Shown here one piece after another: positions 8,504 through 17,663 of a stretch of DNA of 64,000 nucleotides (position 1 is the first letter of the stretch; each line of letters opens with the position of its first letter). The DNA is taken from positions 11,593-75,592 of the forward strand of contig JBAYLC010000002.1 of assembly GCA_041664245.1 (NCBI GenBank), given 5' to 3'. The stretch comes from Minisyncoccota bacterium. GTDB taxonomy: Bacteria; Patescibacteriota; Minisyncoccia; UBA6257; 2-01-FULL-56-20. A model generated the notes under the pieces. It saw only the letters and a program-made list of their open reading frames with translations, had not been told where the DNA came from and did no database searches. The position numbers were made by a program, and so were the translations under genes.

Positions 8504-9091
8504 GTGAAAAAGGCCGCTGTTTTTACCGTGGCGTTTTTGATGCTGGGGATGTGCATGTATTATTCGGTTTTGGTATTTCGCAACGAGGTTCAACCGAAGT
8601 TGGCAACTTGGATCATTCTTGATTCGGGGGTTATTATCAGCTTTATTTCTTATCGTTTAACCAAGAAGCATAGCCTAGTCGACAACATTGCCAACACAAC
8701 GGATGTGGTTTTCGGTTCGGGTATTCTCGTCGCAATTCTTTTTTGCGGCGGGTGGAATGGACTCCGATTTTCAAGTTTTGATGTTTGGTGTTTGGCGGCG
8801 ATGGCAGCGATTTTAACCTTCTGGATAATAAAACGGAATCACTCTGCTACTAATCTTGCGATTCAGGCGTTGATGGTGCTGGGATATTTTCCAACTCTCA
8901 AAAATCTTTGGATTGCCAAGACAAACCCAGAGTCGTTTGTGACGTGGGGAGTGATGTGGTTTGTATGTATTATCTCGTTGTATCCGGCTTACAAAGGGAA
9001 GAATCGTTTGGCGGTGGTTTACGCGGCTCGGGGAATCATAATGGTTTTTATTCTGATTCTCTTGATGCTTCGGGTAGAATTTCGTTCGTAG
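8504..9091 (+). CDS. Hypothetical multi-pass membrane protein
   Basis: About seven hydrophobic segments; GTG start with GGAGGTG SD; hairpin+T run at 9095-9124. Confidence 0.7.
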   Translation: MKKAAVFTVAFLMLGMCMYYSVLVFRNEVQPKLATWIILDSGVIISFISYRLTKKHSLVDNIANTTDVVFGSGILVAILFCGGWNGLRFSSFDVWCLAAMAAILTFWIIKRNHSATNLAIQALMVLGYFPTLKNLWIAKTNPESFVTWGVMWFVCIISLYPAYKGKNRLAVVYAARGIIMVFILILLMLRVEFRS

Positions 9092-9171
9092 TTGGCGCTT
9101 GCTTGCAATAGTAAGCGCCTTTTTCGTTCTCGGGTGTGGTATTTTTTGCTGACGCAAGATAGGATAGTAAT

Positions 9172-10272
9172 GTGATAGATCAGGATTTTCTAAAAAAGGA
9201 AAACGGCAAGGTTTGGAAATTTTATTTGCAACCAAGCGAGACTTGGGAAGCGATGCTTGGAGATTGCAAGCGGGCAAAAAAATCGATTGATTGTGAGCAG
9301 TATATTTTTGAGGGAGACGAAATAGGGGAGCGTTTTATTGAAGTTTTTATTAAAAAATTAACAGATGGCGTTCGAGTTCGCTTGCTTTGCGACGCAGTGG
9401 GAAGCTACGGGTTTATGGGGTCGCCGTTAGTGAAGCGATTTATCAGCGCCGGCGGTCAGGCGGTTTTTTATAATCCGATAAGCCCCTGGCGGCTAAAAAA
9501 CGCCAGCTCACTTTTTTTGCGGGATCACCGAAAAATTTTAGTGATTGATTCGAATATTGGATTTACCGGCGGGATGGCTGTTTCTTCGAGGATGAAATTG
9601 TGGCGGGACACGGACGTGAGAATTGAAGGAGAAGTGGCGAGGGCAATGGACGATTCGTTTGAGACGATGTGGCAGATTGCGCTAAAACAAGAATTTTCCA
9701 GTTTTAAGAATGGAGCGGAAACGGTTGGAGATTTTCAGGTGCTTAGTAATTCGCCGCGCTATAGGCAAAGATATATTTACCACGCGCTCCTTAGGGCAAT
9801 CAGGTTTTCCAAAAAATATATTTATTTAACAACGCCATATTTTGTGCCGAGCTTTCGTTTGAGCCGGGCTTTGATTAGGGCGGCGAAAAGAGGAGTGGAG
9901 GTGAAAATTTTACTGCCGTTTCTGTCGGACGTGCCGATTGTTGATGTGGCGGCTGGATCTTATTTTTCGCACTTACTTAAAAAAGGCGTAAAAATTTACA
10001 GATACCGCGACGCGATTCTTCATTCCAAAACAATGGCGGTGGATGATACTATAGCAACAGTGGGGAGCGCTAATCTTGATAACTTAAGTTTGCTTTTTAA
10101 TTACGAGATGAATATTTTTTCAACCGAGAGAGAATTCGTCGGCGAAATAAAAGAGCAGTTTTTGGAGGATATTAAAAGGGCCGAGGAGATTGTTTTTGAG
10201 GAGTGGCTGGAGCGGCCGTTTATTTTGAAGTTAAAAGAATTTTTAGTGAGGCCGATTAGGGGATGGCTTTAG
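9172..10272 (+). CDS. cls: Cardiolipin synthase (ClsB-like phospholipase D)
   Basis: Two HKD motifs (HRKILVID, HSKTMAVD), TPYFVP, GSANLD. Confidence 0.9.
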   Translation: MIDQDFLKKENGKVWKFYLQPSETWEAMLGDCKRAKKSIDCEQYIFEGDEIGERFIEVFIKKLTDGVRVRLLCDAVGSYGFMGSPLVKRFISAGGQAVFYNPISPWRLKNASSLFLRDHRKILVIDSNIGFTGGMAVSSRMKLWRDTDVRIEGEVARAMDDSFETMWQIALKQEFSSFKNGAETVGDFQVLSNSPRYRQRYIYHALLRAIRFSKKYIYLTTPYFVPSFRLSRALIRAAKRGVEVKILLPFLSDVPIVDVAAGSYFSHLLKKGVKIYRYRDAILHSKTMAVDDTIATVGSANLDNLSLLFNYEMNIFSTEREFVGEIKEQFLEDIKRAEEIVFEEWLERPFILKLKEFLVRPIRGWL

Positions 10273-10287
10273 TGTTATAATTTAAGT

Positions 10288-10896
10288 ATGACAAAACAGT
10301 GGGGGAAAGTGACGTGGTATTCCAAGCTCTTGGCGTTGATTTTATTTATTGGGTTGCCGTTTGTCGGTTTCTATTTGGGTTTTCGTTACGGCGAGATAAG
10401 AGAAAAAGTCCAGCTTGATAAAAATTTGGTTTCGGGGATAGCGATGAGACAGGTGACTTACAAAAATAGCGAGTTTGAGTTTAAATATCCGGAAGTTTTC
10501 GGCGTGACGGTTTGGAAGCCGGACAGCTGGCCGCCGGTGGTGAAGGTTGTATCATCGAAAGATTTTTCTATCCAAAAATTTTGTTCGGGTGATTTCTCTT
10601 TAGATAGCGAGCCGAAGGCGAGCGGGGAGGGAGTGGTTGGCGGCGGGACGTATACGCTTTATAAATCAAGCGGAGCCGGAGCGGGCACGCTTTATTCAAA
10701 TTTTTGTTACGTTATTCCGAGCAAGGAAAAATATTATGTTTTGGATTTTTTGATTCGATCACATACCGGTTGCGGGGACGGGGGATGCGGGGCGTATTGC
10801 GAAACCCAGTTTGAAAGCGAATGCCGGAAGTTGGACCGGAATCGAGATATCGAAAAGCCGATTCAGGATATCGTTTCCAGCTTTAAATTATTTTAG
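10288..10896 (+). CDS. Hypothetical membrane-anchored protein
   Basis: N-terminal VTWYSK+TM helix; Cys-rich C-terminus; TATAAT 6 nt before ATG. Confidence 0.7.
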   Translation: MTKQWGKVTWYSKLLALILFIGLPFVGFYLGFRYGEIREKVQLDKNLVSGIAMRQVTYKNSEFEFKYPEVFGVTVWKPDSWPPVVKVVSSKDFSIQKFCSGDFSLDSEPKASGEGVVGGGTYTLYKSSGAGAGTLYSNFCYVIPSKEKYYVLDFLIRSHTGCGDGGCGAYCETQFESECRKLDRNRDIEKPIQDIVSSFKLF

Positions 10897-10914
10897 TTGT
10901 TGTATAATAAAAGT

Positions 10915-10998
10915 ATGAAGAAAAAGAAGGTCGCAAAGAAAAAAAAGACGGCGGCGAAGAAAGTTTGCGTTTGCAAAGGCGCAAAGTGCCACTGTTAG
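10915..10998 (+). CDS. Putative 27-aa Lys-rich/Cys-rich peptide MKKKKVAKKKKTAAKKVCVCKGAKCHC
   Basis: Below the ORF-track cutoff; TATAAT at 10903-10908 lies 6 nt before ATG as for neighbouring genes. Confidence 0.55.
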   Translation: MKKKKVAKKKKTAAKKVCVCKGAKCHC

Positions 10999-11071
10999 TA
11001 TTCGATCTAATTAATCGTTGAAAGCAATTCAGGCCAACAGGCTTGTTTTGCGGTGGTTTGATGAAAAAATT

Positions 11072-11242
11072 ATGAGCGCGAAATCGTTTATTATGATCGG
11101 GATGGTTGTCGGATCGACAATCGGCGGTTTTTTGCCGGAGCTTTGGGGCGGAGGAGTTTTTTCTTTTTCTTCGGTTATTCTTACTTTTATCGGCGGAGCG
11201 ATTGGAATATGGGCGGGGTATAAACTAAGTAGGAATTTTTGA
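11072..11242 (+). CDS. Small Gly-rich two-TM membrane protein
   Basis: GMVVGSTIGG..GGAIGIWAGYKL; ATG 11072 preferred. Confidence 0.65.
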   Translation: MSAKSFIMIGMVVGSTIGGFLPELWGGGVFSFSSVILTFIGGAIGIWAGYKLSRNF

Positions 11243-11261
11243 ATTTATCATCCACTAAACC

Positions 11262-12431
11262 TTACTTCATAACTTCCCAGGTCATTGGATCGAGATCGCC
11301 GTCTAGTTTAAAGAGAGCAATGCCTTTAAGACCGAGTTTTTTGGCGAGGTCGATTTTTTGGCGGGCTGATTCGGCATCGCTAAAAGAGACATAGCGGACA
11401 AATTTTCCGCCGGCAGAAGCGCTGGCGATGGCGCCGGGAAGAGTGGAGGAAATATTCCAAGTTAGGTTAGGTGAAACATTAGTAACAGAAGTGCTGGTGG
11501 AATAGACAAAACTCAATTCACCGGCGGAATTTCTTTCAGGATTGGCGCTTAGATCGTCAGCTCGACTCATGGCTTGGAAGAAGGTGTGGCTGCGAAGGCG
11601 TTTGTAAGTGGTTCGGCCATTGGCCCAGGAAACTTCGTATTCATAGCCGTAGGTTGGAACGCCGAGGACAATTTTTTTTGGGCTGATAATCTTTGTGGCT
11701 TCGGTAATAATTTTTTTAACCCACTCGGGATCGGCTACTGGAGCGTAGACTTGGCCGTTGCCTTTCGAGACATCAAGTTTCGCGTCGATGACACCTTGAT
11801 CGTAGGCCATGATTCTTACTTCGTCACAATATCTATTCAAAGCTTTATAATCGTTAGCGTATTTAGTGTCGTCGGCGGTGTTGGTGCGATTAAGGCGAGA
11901 GGAAATTGGCATTCGCGGTTCGATTGTGCAAACTAACTTTTTACCCAAAGGATGAAGACGAATGGCCAGGCCTTCAATAAATAAAGCGAAATATTGATTG
12001 GTGTCGGCTAGCTTGGCTTCGTAGTCAATATCGATTCCGTCGAATTTATTAGTTTGGACTAATTTTTTAATGGCATCTTCGTGGGCGATACGCTTTTTCT
12101 TATTAGAAAGAAGGGCGTGAATGGCATCGCCGTCAAACCAGGCGATTGTGGGGATAATTTTTATTTTTTGGTCTTTAACGGCCGAGATCCAGCCGGGCCA
12201 AAAACCTTTAGTGATTTTTAAGACATCAACGAGAGTGCCGTTGGATTTAACTTCATAAGAGAAGGGACTGACTTCGGAAAGTTTTTCTAGATTAAGGGCG
12301 ATGTCCATGCTGCCGGGGCTTTGTTTCCAAAAGGGAATCCAGCCGGTATACATTAGTTTAGTAGCGGCAAAACTAGGGAGAGGGAGGAGGATTGTCGAGA
12401 CGATTAAGATCGTGAGTAATATTTTTTTCAT
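11262..12431 (-). CDS. Secreted glycoside hydrolase family 18 protein
   Basis: Signal peptide; FDGIDIDYE (DxxDxDxE); IMAYD; KIVLGVPTYG. Confidence 0.9.
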   Translation of the reverse strand: MKKILLTILIVSTILLPLPSFAATKLMYTGWIPFWKQSPGSMDIALNLEKLSEVSPFSYEVKSNGTLVDVLKITKGFWPGWISAVKDQKIKIIPTIAWFDGDAIHALLSNKKKRIAHEDAIKKLVQTNKFDGIDIDYEAKLADTNQYFALFIEGLAIRLHPLGKKLVCTIEPRMPISSRLNRTNTADDTKYANDYKALNRYCDEVRIMAYDQGVIDAKLDVSKGNGQVYAPVADPEWVKKIITEATKIISPKKIVLGVPTYGYEYEVSWANGRTTYKRLRSHTFFQAMSRADDLSANPERNSAGELSFVYSTSTSVTNVSPNLTWNISSTLPGAIASASAGGKFVRYVSFSDAESARQKIDLAKKLGLKGIALFKLDGDLDPMTWEVMK

Positions 12432-12551
12432 AATAGGGTTTAAGCAGATTTAAACATAAATGCGGAAAAATTAGTAGTGATTATGTTTGAAAAGATGGAA
12501 TTGATCGGTTTGTGATTTTAGAATACTAAATGTTATAATCCTCGGAATATT

Positions 12552-13118
12552 ATGCAAAACCTTATAGCCGAGTTACTTAAAGTTTCAATGTCGCTTTTAC
12601 TGGCGGTTCAGGGTAATCCCCAGATGCCAGATAAGTTAGTAAATCAATCTTTGACTTCGGTGTCTCAGGCAATTCAACTGTCTTCGCAGGTTTTGAGCTA
12701 TGATGAAAGAAATCACCCCGTGGCTAGCAAGAGCATCTGGCCTAATTTTGACCAACTTTTATCGGCTTCCTATTTAAATCGGGATGGGAAAAGGGTGGCT
12801 TTGGGTGACGGAGTTCGGTTGGCGGACAGTTTCTTGTCTTTTGGAGACTTGAATGAAGATGGCCTAGATGACGCGGTGGTGGTTTTAAAAATGGATGATG
12901 GAAAAGGGGGGATCGATTATTGGTTGGGAGCGATGCTAAACAAGGCGGGGGTTCTTTTTAATATCGTGAATAAGCCGATTGGAAAAAATGTGGAGATATA
13001 TTCTCATCATGTTGAATCTGGGCAGTTCACGGTTGATATGAAGGTGGATCCATCGGCGCGGAAGATTTACCGCTTTAAATTAGTTGGTAGCGAGTTTAGG
13101 GAGGCGATCAATGATTGA
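12552..13118 (+). CDS. Hypothetical protein
   Basis: 188 aa; single GDLNEDGLDDAVV Ca-binding-like motif; TATAAT upstream. Confidence 0.6.
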   Translation: MQNLIAELLKVSMSLLLAVQGNPQMPDKLVNQSLTSVSQAIQLSSQVLSYDERNHPVASKSIWPNFDQLLSASYLNRDGKRVALGDGVRLADSFLSFGDLNEDGLDDAVVVLKMDDGKGGIDYWLGAMLNKAGVLFNIVNKPIGKNVEIYSHHVESGQFTVDMKVDPSARKIYRFKLVGSEFREAIND

Positions 13119-13159
13119 TAACTTGTGACTTATGACTAATCCGGCGGCTGCCGGATTTT

Positions 13160-13360
13160 TTACAACCCTAGGCCGCTTAAATTAATAGTGTTTAAAAAAG
13201 CGGGGATAACGAAGATCAGGCCGATTAGGGGAAGGACGATGAGGGCGAGGGTGATGATTAGGGTCCAGAGGAAATATTTTCTGGTCTTTTCGACGGATTT
13301 GTAGATGGCGTCGATTTTTTTATCGAGTGAATTTATTTTTTCTTCTAGGTTTTCGGGCAT
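13160..13360 (-). CDS. Small membrane protein
   Basis: KIDAIYKSVEKTRKYFLWT followed by long TM segment. Confidence 0.7.
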   Translation of the reverse strand: MPENLEEKINSLDKKIDAIYKSVEKTRKYFLWTLIITLALIVLPLIGLIFVIPAFLNTINLSGLGL

Positions 13361-13388
13361 TGGATAATTATAAAATTTTTATCCTTGT

Positions 13389-13416
13389 TTGACAAGTCGA
13401 GGTTATCTGGTATAAT
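13389..13416 (+). promoter_or_regulatory. Sigma70 consensus promoter
   Basis: TTGACA-N16-TATAAT with extended TG, upstream of 13494. Confidence 0.7.
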
Positions 13417-13493
13417 GGTTGCTTGCGGTTATCTTTGTGGGTGGTTGATAATCGCTTTTTTAGCAACTTGATATTTTAGGAGGAAAAACGTCA

Positions 13494-13850
13494 ATGGAAG
13501 ACAACGGTAGCATCAAGGGATCTGATAGGGCGGCGGCGCTGGTTTGCTTGGGAGGAGTAACTCCCGGGGTCATTTTTGACCAAAGCGTACCAACAGCGGT
13601 GGTTGTGAGTGGTGGACAGTTTATGGCCAACGGCGCGGGGTTGTTGCTAATATCGGCTTTGGGGCCGGAAAAAGCAGCAACAATTGCGGAGTCTGGTTTC
13701 GACTCAGCGAAATACGCCGAATTTTTCGGCGTTGATTTACGGCTGTTGAATGAACTTTCCTGTCCGAATACTCAGTTTCCCCCGACTGTGGTTGGTTTGT
13801 CTAGGGCTCTGAAGACTAGAGGGGAGGACTGGGTTTCTATTTCTGTTTAG
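13494..13850 (+). CDS. Orphan hypothetical protein
   Basis: AGGAGG SD, own promoter, terminator GCCAGCTC/GAGCTGGC+T7 near 13897-13924. Confidence 0.6.
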   Translation: MEDNGSIKGSDRAAALVCLGGVTPGVIFDQSVPTAVVVSGGQFMANGAGLLLISALGPEKAATIAESGFDSAKYAEFFGVDLRLLNELSCPNTQFPPTVVGLSRALKTRGEDWVSISV

Positions 13851-13930
13851 TTCCGCGGGAAATTTTTCCTTTCGTAAATTCGTAACGATGTAGTTTGCCA
13901 GCTCAGGGGGAGCTGGCTTTTTTTCGCCAA

Positions 13931-15088
13931 TTATTTCTTCCTCTTGCCGCGGAGAACGCGCTCGATGGCGATTTTCATCGCCACGTCGCGGGGACTTTCT
14001 TTAGTTCTTAAACTTTTTTCTAAAACGGTTCGGGTAGCTTTTTTAATTTTTCTTTCAACGAGTTCAAACATTCTTTTCGGATTATAGCCGCGGTATTCGG
14101 CATAGGAAGAAATAACGCCGCCCATATTAGCCACGAAGTCGGGAACGATAATGATTCCTTTTTTCCAGAGTTCATTTTCGATTTTTTCGCTCATTGGGAT
14201 ATTGCCCCCCTCAACGATAATTTTGGCTTTAATTAAATGTTTGTTGTTTTCATTTATAACGTCGGTTACAGAAGCCGGAATTAGAATATCGACATCAAGA
14301 GCCCAAAAATCTTCGGAGCTGATTTTTTTGGCGCCGGGATAATCGCCGATTGATTGATGATTTCCGATTAGTTTGTTAATTTCGTTTTTTTCAAAACCAC
14401 TTTCTTTGTAAACACTATTATGATGATCGGCAATGGCAACTATTTTTGCTCCTTGTTCTTCTAAGTGTTTGTAGGCAAAAGTGCCAACATTGCCGAAACC
14501 GTGAATAGCGATTGTCAGGTTTTTGAGGTCTTTCTTCAGGAGGCTAACAGCAACTTCGGTGGCTTTGGCGACGCCAAAACCAGTACTGCCGAATTCGTGA
14601 GGAATACCGCATTTTTCTCCTGGCTTGCCGAAAATTGACATGCAAAGATTGGCGGGTTTACCAGTGGCCGTTCGCCAGTCACCGGTAGCTTCAACAAACC
14701 AGTTCATTTCTCGTTCACTAGTTTGAACATCAGGACCAGCGATGTATTTTTTAGGAGTGAGGAGTTTAATGGCGCGGGCGAAACTTTGAACAAATTTTTT
14801 CTTAGTTTCTTCCGATTGATCGGGTTTTTCTCCGGGTTTTAGTGGGACGGGCCAGACGATGCCGGCTTTAGCGCCACCGAAAGGGATTTCGGCGAGAGAA
14901 TTTTTCCACGTCATTGTTCGGGCAAGGCGGAAAACTTCTTCGACGGTGACAGTGGAAGTCATTCTAATACCGCCCTTGCCTGGGCCGAGGGTGGTGTTGT
15001 CAATAACAAGGAAACCCTCCATGCCAATTTTAGGGTCATAGACCCGGATTACGTATTCTGGACCGAATTCATCTTTTGTGATTTCCAT
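13931..15088 (-). CDS. gdhA: Glu/Leu/Phe/Val dehydrogenase (probable glutamate dehydrogenase)
   Basis: GPGKGGIR, MTWK, FGGAKAG, GFGNVG, PDFVANMGGV. Confidence 0.88.
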   Translation of the reverse strand: MEITKDEFGPEYVIRVYDPKIGMEGFLVIDNTTLGPGKGGIRMTSTVTVEEVFRLARTMTWKNSLAEIPFGGAKAGIVWPVPLKPGEKPDQSEETKKKFVQSFARAIKLLTPKKYIAGPDVQTSEREMNWFVEATGDWRTATGKPANLCMSIFGKPGEKCGIPHEFGSTGFGVAKATEVAVSLLKKDLKNLTIAIHGFGNVGTFAYKHLEEQGAKIVAIADHHNSVYKESGFEKNEINKLIGNHQSIGDYPGAKKISSEDFWALDVDILIPASVTDVINENNKHLIKAKIIVEGGNIPMSEKIENELWKKGIIIVPDFVANMGGVISSYAEYRGYNPKRMFELVERKIKKATRTVLEKSLRTKESPRDVAMKIAIERVLRGKRKK

Positions 15089-15182
15089 AATTTTAGAGTT
15101 GTTTTTTTGTTGATTTATTATAGCACAAACTATTATGGCATTTCTTGGTTTTCCTGTTGATGGTAAAATGGAAGTGATTAAG

Positions 15183-15878
15183 ATGAAAAGACAAAGGAAA
15201 AAAGAAATTGATACATTAATAATTTCGGATCTTCATCTTGGGGTTCCGGTTAGCCGGCCGGAGCAGACAATTGAAGCAATAAAAAAATATAATTTCAAAC
15301 GTTTGATTCTTTTGGGGGATATTTTTGATGATTTGAATTTTGAAAGATTAAAACATGAGCACTGGGAATTTCTTTCGTTTATTCGGGAATTTTCTGATCC
15401 GAAGCGGAATGTCGAGGTGATTTGGGTAGTCGGAAATCATGATTTTTTACTTTTGAACATGAAGTTTCTTATTGGCATACCGCTCCGAAAAGAATTTAGG
15501 TGGACTTATGAGCGGAAAACTTATTTTGCGATTCACGGCCACCAGTTCGACCGATTTCTGGTGGAAAATCCTATACTTAGTAAAATCGCTTCGTTTATTT
15601 ATTTTTGGATTCAGAAAATTGATTCCAGTCAGAGATTCAGCCGATATTTGAAACGGAAATCGAAGGGATGGTTACGGCTTTCGGAAAAAGTGGCAAAGAG
15701 CGGGGTGAAATACGCGAAATTGAAAGGAGCAGATTTCGTTTTTTGCGGCCACACTCACCAGGCCTTGCACGAAACTATTGACGGGGTTCAGTATTTTAAC
15801 AGCGGTTGCTGGACGGACAAACCCTCAACCTACATAACAATTGGGGAGGATGGAGTGAATTTGCATAACGTTCGTTAG
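15183..15878 (+). CDS. Metallophosphoesterase (LpxH-like family)
   Basis: ISDLHLG, LLGDIFD, GNHD, HGH, GHTH, NSGCW. Confidence 0.85.
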   Translation: MKRQRKKEIDTLIISDLHLGVPVSRPEQTIEAIKKYNFKRLILLGDIFDDLNFERLKHEHWEFLSFIREFSDPKRNVEVIWVVGNHDFLLLNMKFLIGIPLRKEFRWTYERKTYFAIHGHQFDRFLVENPILSKIASFIYFWIQKIDSSQRFSRYLKRKSKGWLRLSEKVAKSGVKYAKLKGADFVFCGHTHQALHETIDGVQYFNSGCWTDKPSTYITIGEDGVNLHNVR

Positions 15879-15925
15879 GGGGTTAATTGGGCTGGGGAAA
15901 ACTATATTTGGTATAATAGGCAAAC

Positions 15926-16393
15926 ATGATTACAGAAAGATATAAAAGAATAATTTTTAGGATTATCGCTTTAGCGGCAGTTTTTTTGGTTGGTTTTTAT
16001 GTTGGCGGGCGAGGTTCGACCAGTAAATCGCCGGCTGTCTTAGATAATACGAATCAGGGGCAAAATAGTTCGGAGCAAGTTAGCGTGATGTTCGATTTCC
16101 AGAACGGCACGATTTTTATCGACGAGGTGCCTTGGAAACAGGGAATGACGGTTTTTGACGCTCTTAAGCTGGCAACCGATAAGGAGCAGCTGGGGCTTAA
16201 GTATAAAGACTATGGCGGAACGATGGGGGTTTTTGTGCAGATGATTGGAAAAACTAAAAATAGCGAAAGCGGGGATAGGTGGTGGCAGTTTTGGGTGAAT
16301 AATAATTATGGGAAAGAAGGGGCGAGTAACTATTCACTTAAGCAAGGGGATGCCGTTGAGTGGAAACTGGTAAGAGGGCAGATCAAAAATTAA
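15926..16393 (+). CDS. DUF4430 (transcobalamin beta-domain-like) membrane-anchored protein
   Basis: TVFDAL..GVFVQMIG..WWQFWVNN..GASNYSLKQGDAVEW. Confidence 0.8.
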   Translation: MITERYKRIIFRIIALAAVFLVGFYVGGRGSTSKSPAVLDNTNQGQNSSEQVSVMFDFQNGTIFIDEVPWKQGMTVFDALKLATDKEQLGLKYKDYGGTMGVFVQMIGKTKNSESGDRWWQFWVNNNYGKEGASNYSLKQGDAVEWKLVRGQIKN

Positions 16394-16396
16394 AAA

Positions 16397-16945
16397 ATGA
16401 AAACAGAAATTAAATTAGGCATTTCTGTTTTACTTATCGGGTTGGGAGTTCTGGCTAGGGTTTTGCCCCACTTGCCTAATTTTGCGCCGGTGGCGGCGAT
16501 TGCGGTTTTCGCGGGGTTTTATTTAGGCCGGCGGTACGCATTGGTTTTGCCGATTATCGCGATGCTTATTGGTGATCTTTTTATCGGGTTTTATGATTTT
16601 AAAATGATGGCGGCGGTTTATGGTAGTTTTGTTTTAGTTGGTTATTTAGCGAGCGTTTTTAAATCTCGGAAAAACACGGAGGTGATTTTGGGAACGAGTT
16701 TAGTTGGTTCGGTTACGTTTTTTCTGGTTACTAATTGGGCGGTGTGGCAGTTTAGCGGAATGTATTTAAAAAACTGGGCGGGATTTTTGGAAACGTATGT
16801 GATGGCGTTGCCATTTTTTAGAAACACGTTTTTGGGAGATGTTGTTTATTTAGCTTTTATTGCGGGAGGGTACGAGTTGGCGGTTTATTTAGCGGGTAAG
16901 TTTTATCGATTGAAAGAAATAAAAAAAATCGCGGTGCCCGTTTAA
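16397..16945 (+). CDS. DUF6580-like putative transport protein (ECF S-component-like)
   Basis: RVLPHLPNFAPVAAIAVFAG, FFLVTNWAVW, LPFFRNT; about six TM. Confidence 0.75.
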   Translation: MKTEIKLGISVLLIGLGVLARVLPHLPNFAPVAAIAVFAGFYLGRRYALVLPIIAMLIGDLFIGFYDFKMMAAVYGSFVLVGYLASVFKSRKNTEVILGTSLVGSVTFFLVTNWAVWQFSGMYLKNWAGFLETYVMALPFFRNTFLGDVVYLAFIAGGYELAVYLAGKFYRLKEIKKIAVPV

Positions 16946-16974
16946 TATTAAAAAACGGAAATAAAATTAAAACT

Positions 16975-17595
16975 ATGGAAATAAACGAAAAATTTGGGAT
17001 TTTAGCGAATGAGGAATCGATTCGACGAACAGTTGAGGCGTTAATCAAAAACGGCTTTAGGGCAGAAGTGGCCGAGAATAGTGAAGCGACAAGAAAAAGG
17101 GTATTGGAAATTTTGCCGGCAGGGGCAGAGGTAATGACGATGACATCGGTGACACTGGATACTTTGGGAATTTCAAAGGAAATTAATGAATCGGGAAGAT
17201 TTAATTCAATCAGAGGAAAATTTACCCAAATGGATCAAAAAACTCAAGGATCAGAGATGCGAAAATTGGGAGCTGGACCGGATTGGGTTTTGGGAAGCGT
17301 GCACGCGGTGACGGAAGAGGGGGAAGTGGTAGTGGCTTCCGCTACCGGCAGCCAGTTGCCAGCGTATGCTTATGGAGCGGGAAAGGTGGTTTGGGTAGTT
17401 GGCGCGCAGAAGATTGTTAAAAATTTAGAGGAGGGAATGCAAAGGATAAGGGAATACACTTTGCCCCTTGAGGATGAACGGGCGCAGAAATTTTACGGGG
17501 TTCACAGTAGTTTGAATAAATGGCTGATTTTTGAAAAAGAGGGGAATGCTGATCGGATCACAATAATAATTATTAAAGAAAAACTTGGTTTTTAG
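16975..17595 (+). CDS. LUD (lactate utilisation) domain protein
   Basis: GSVHAVTEEG..ASATGSQL, VVGAQKIV, KEKLGF C-terminus. Confidence 0.8.
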   Translation: MEINEKFGILANEESIRRTVEALIKNGFRAEVAENSEATRKRVLEILPAGAEVMTMTSVTLDTLGISKEINESGRFNSIRGKFTQMDQKTQGSEMRKLGAGPDWVLGSVHAVTEEGEVVVASATGSQLPAYAYGAGKVVWVVGAQKIVKNLEEGMQRIREYTLPLEDERAQKFYGVHSSLNKWLIFEKEGNADRITIIIIKEKLGF

Positions 17596-17663
17596 TCGTG
17601 AGGTTTAAGGGAAATAATTAATCCGAGAATTATCTCGGATTTTTTGCTACAATTAAGCTAATA

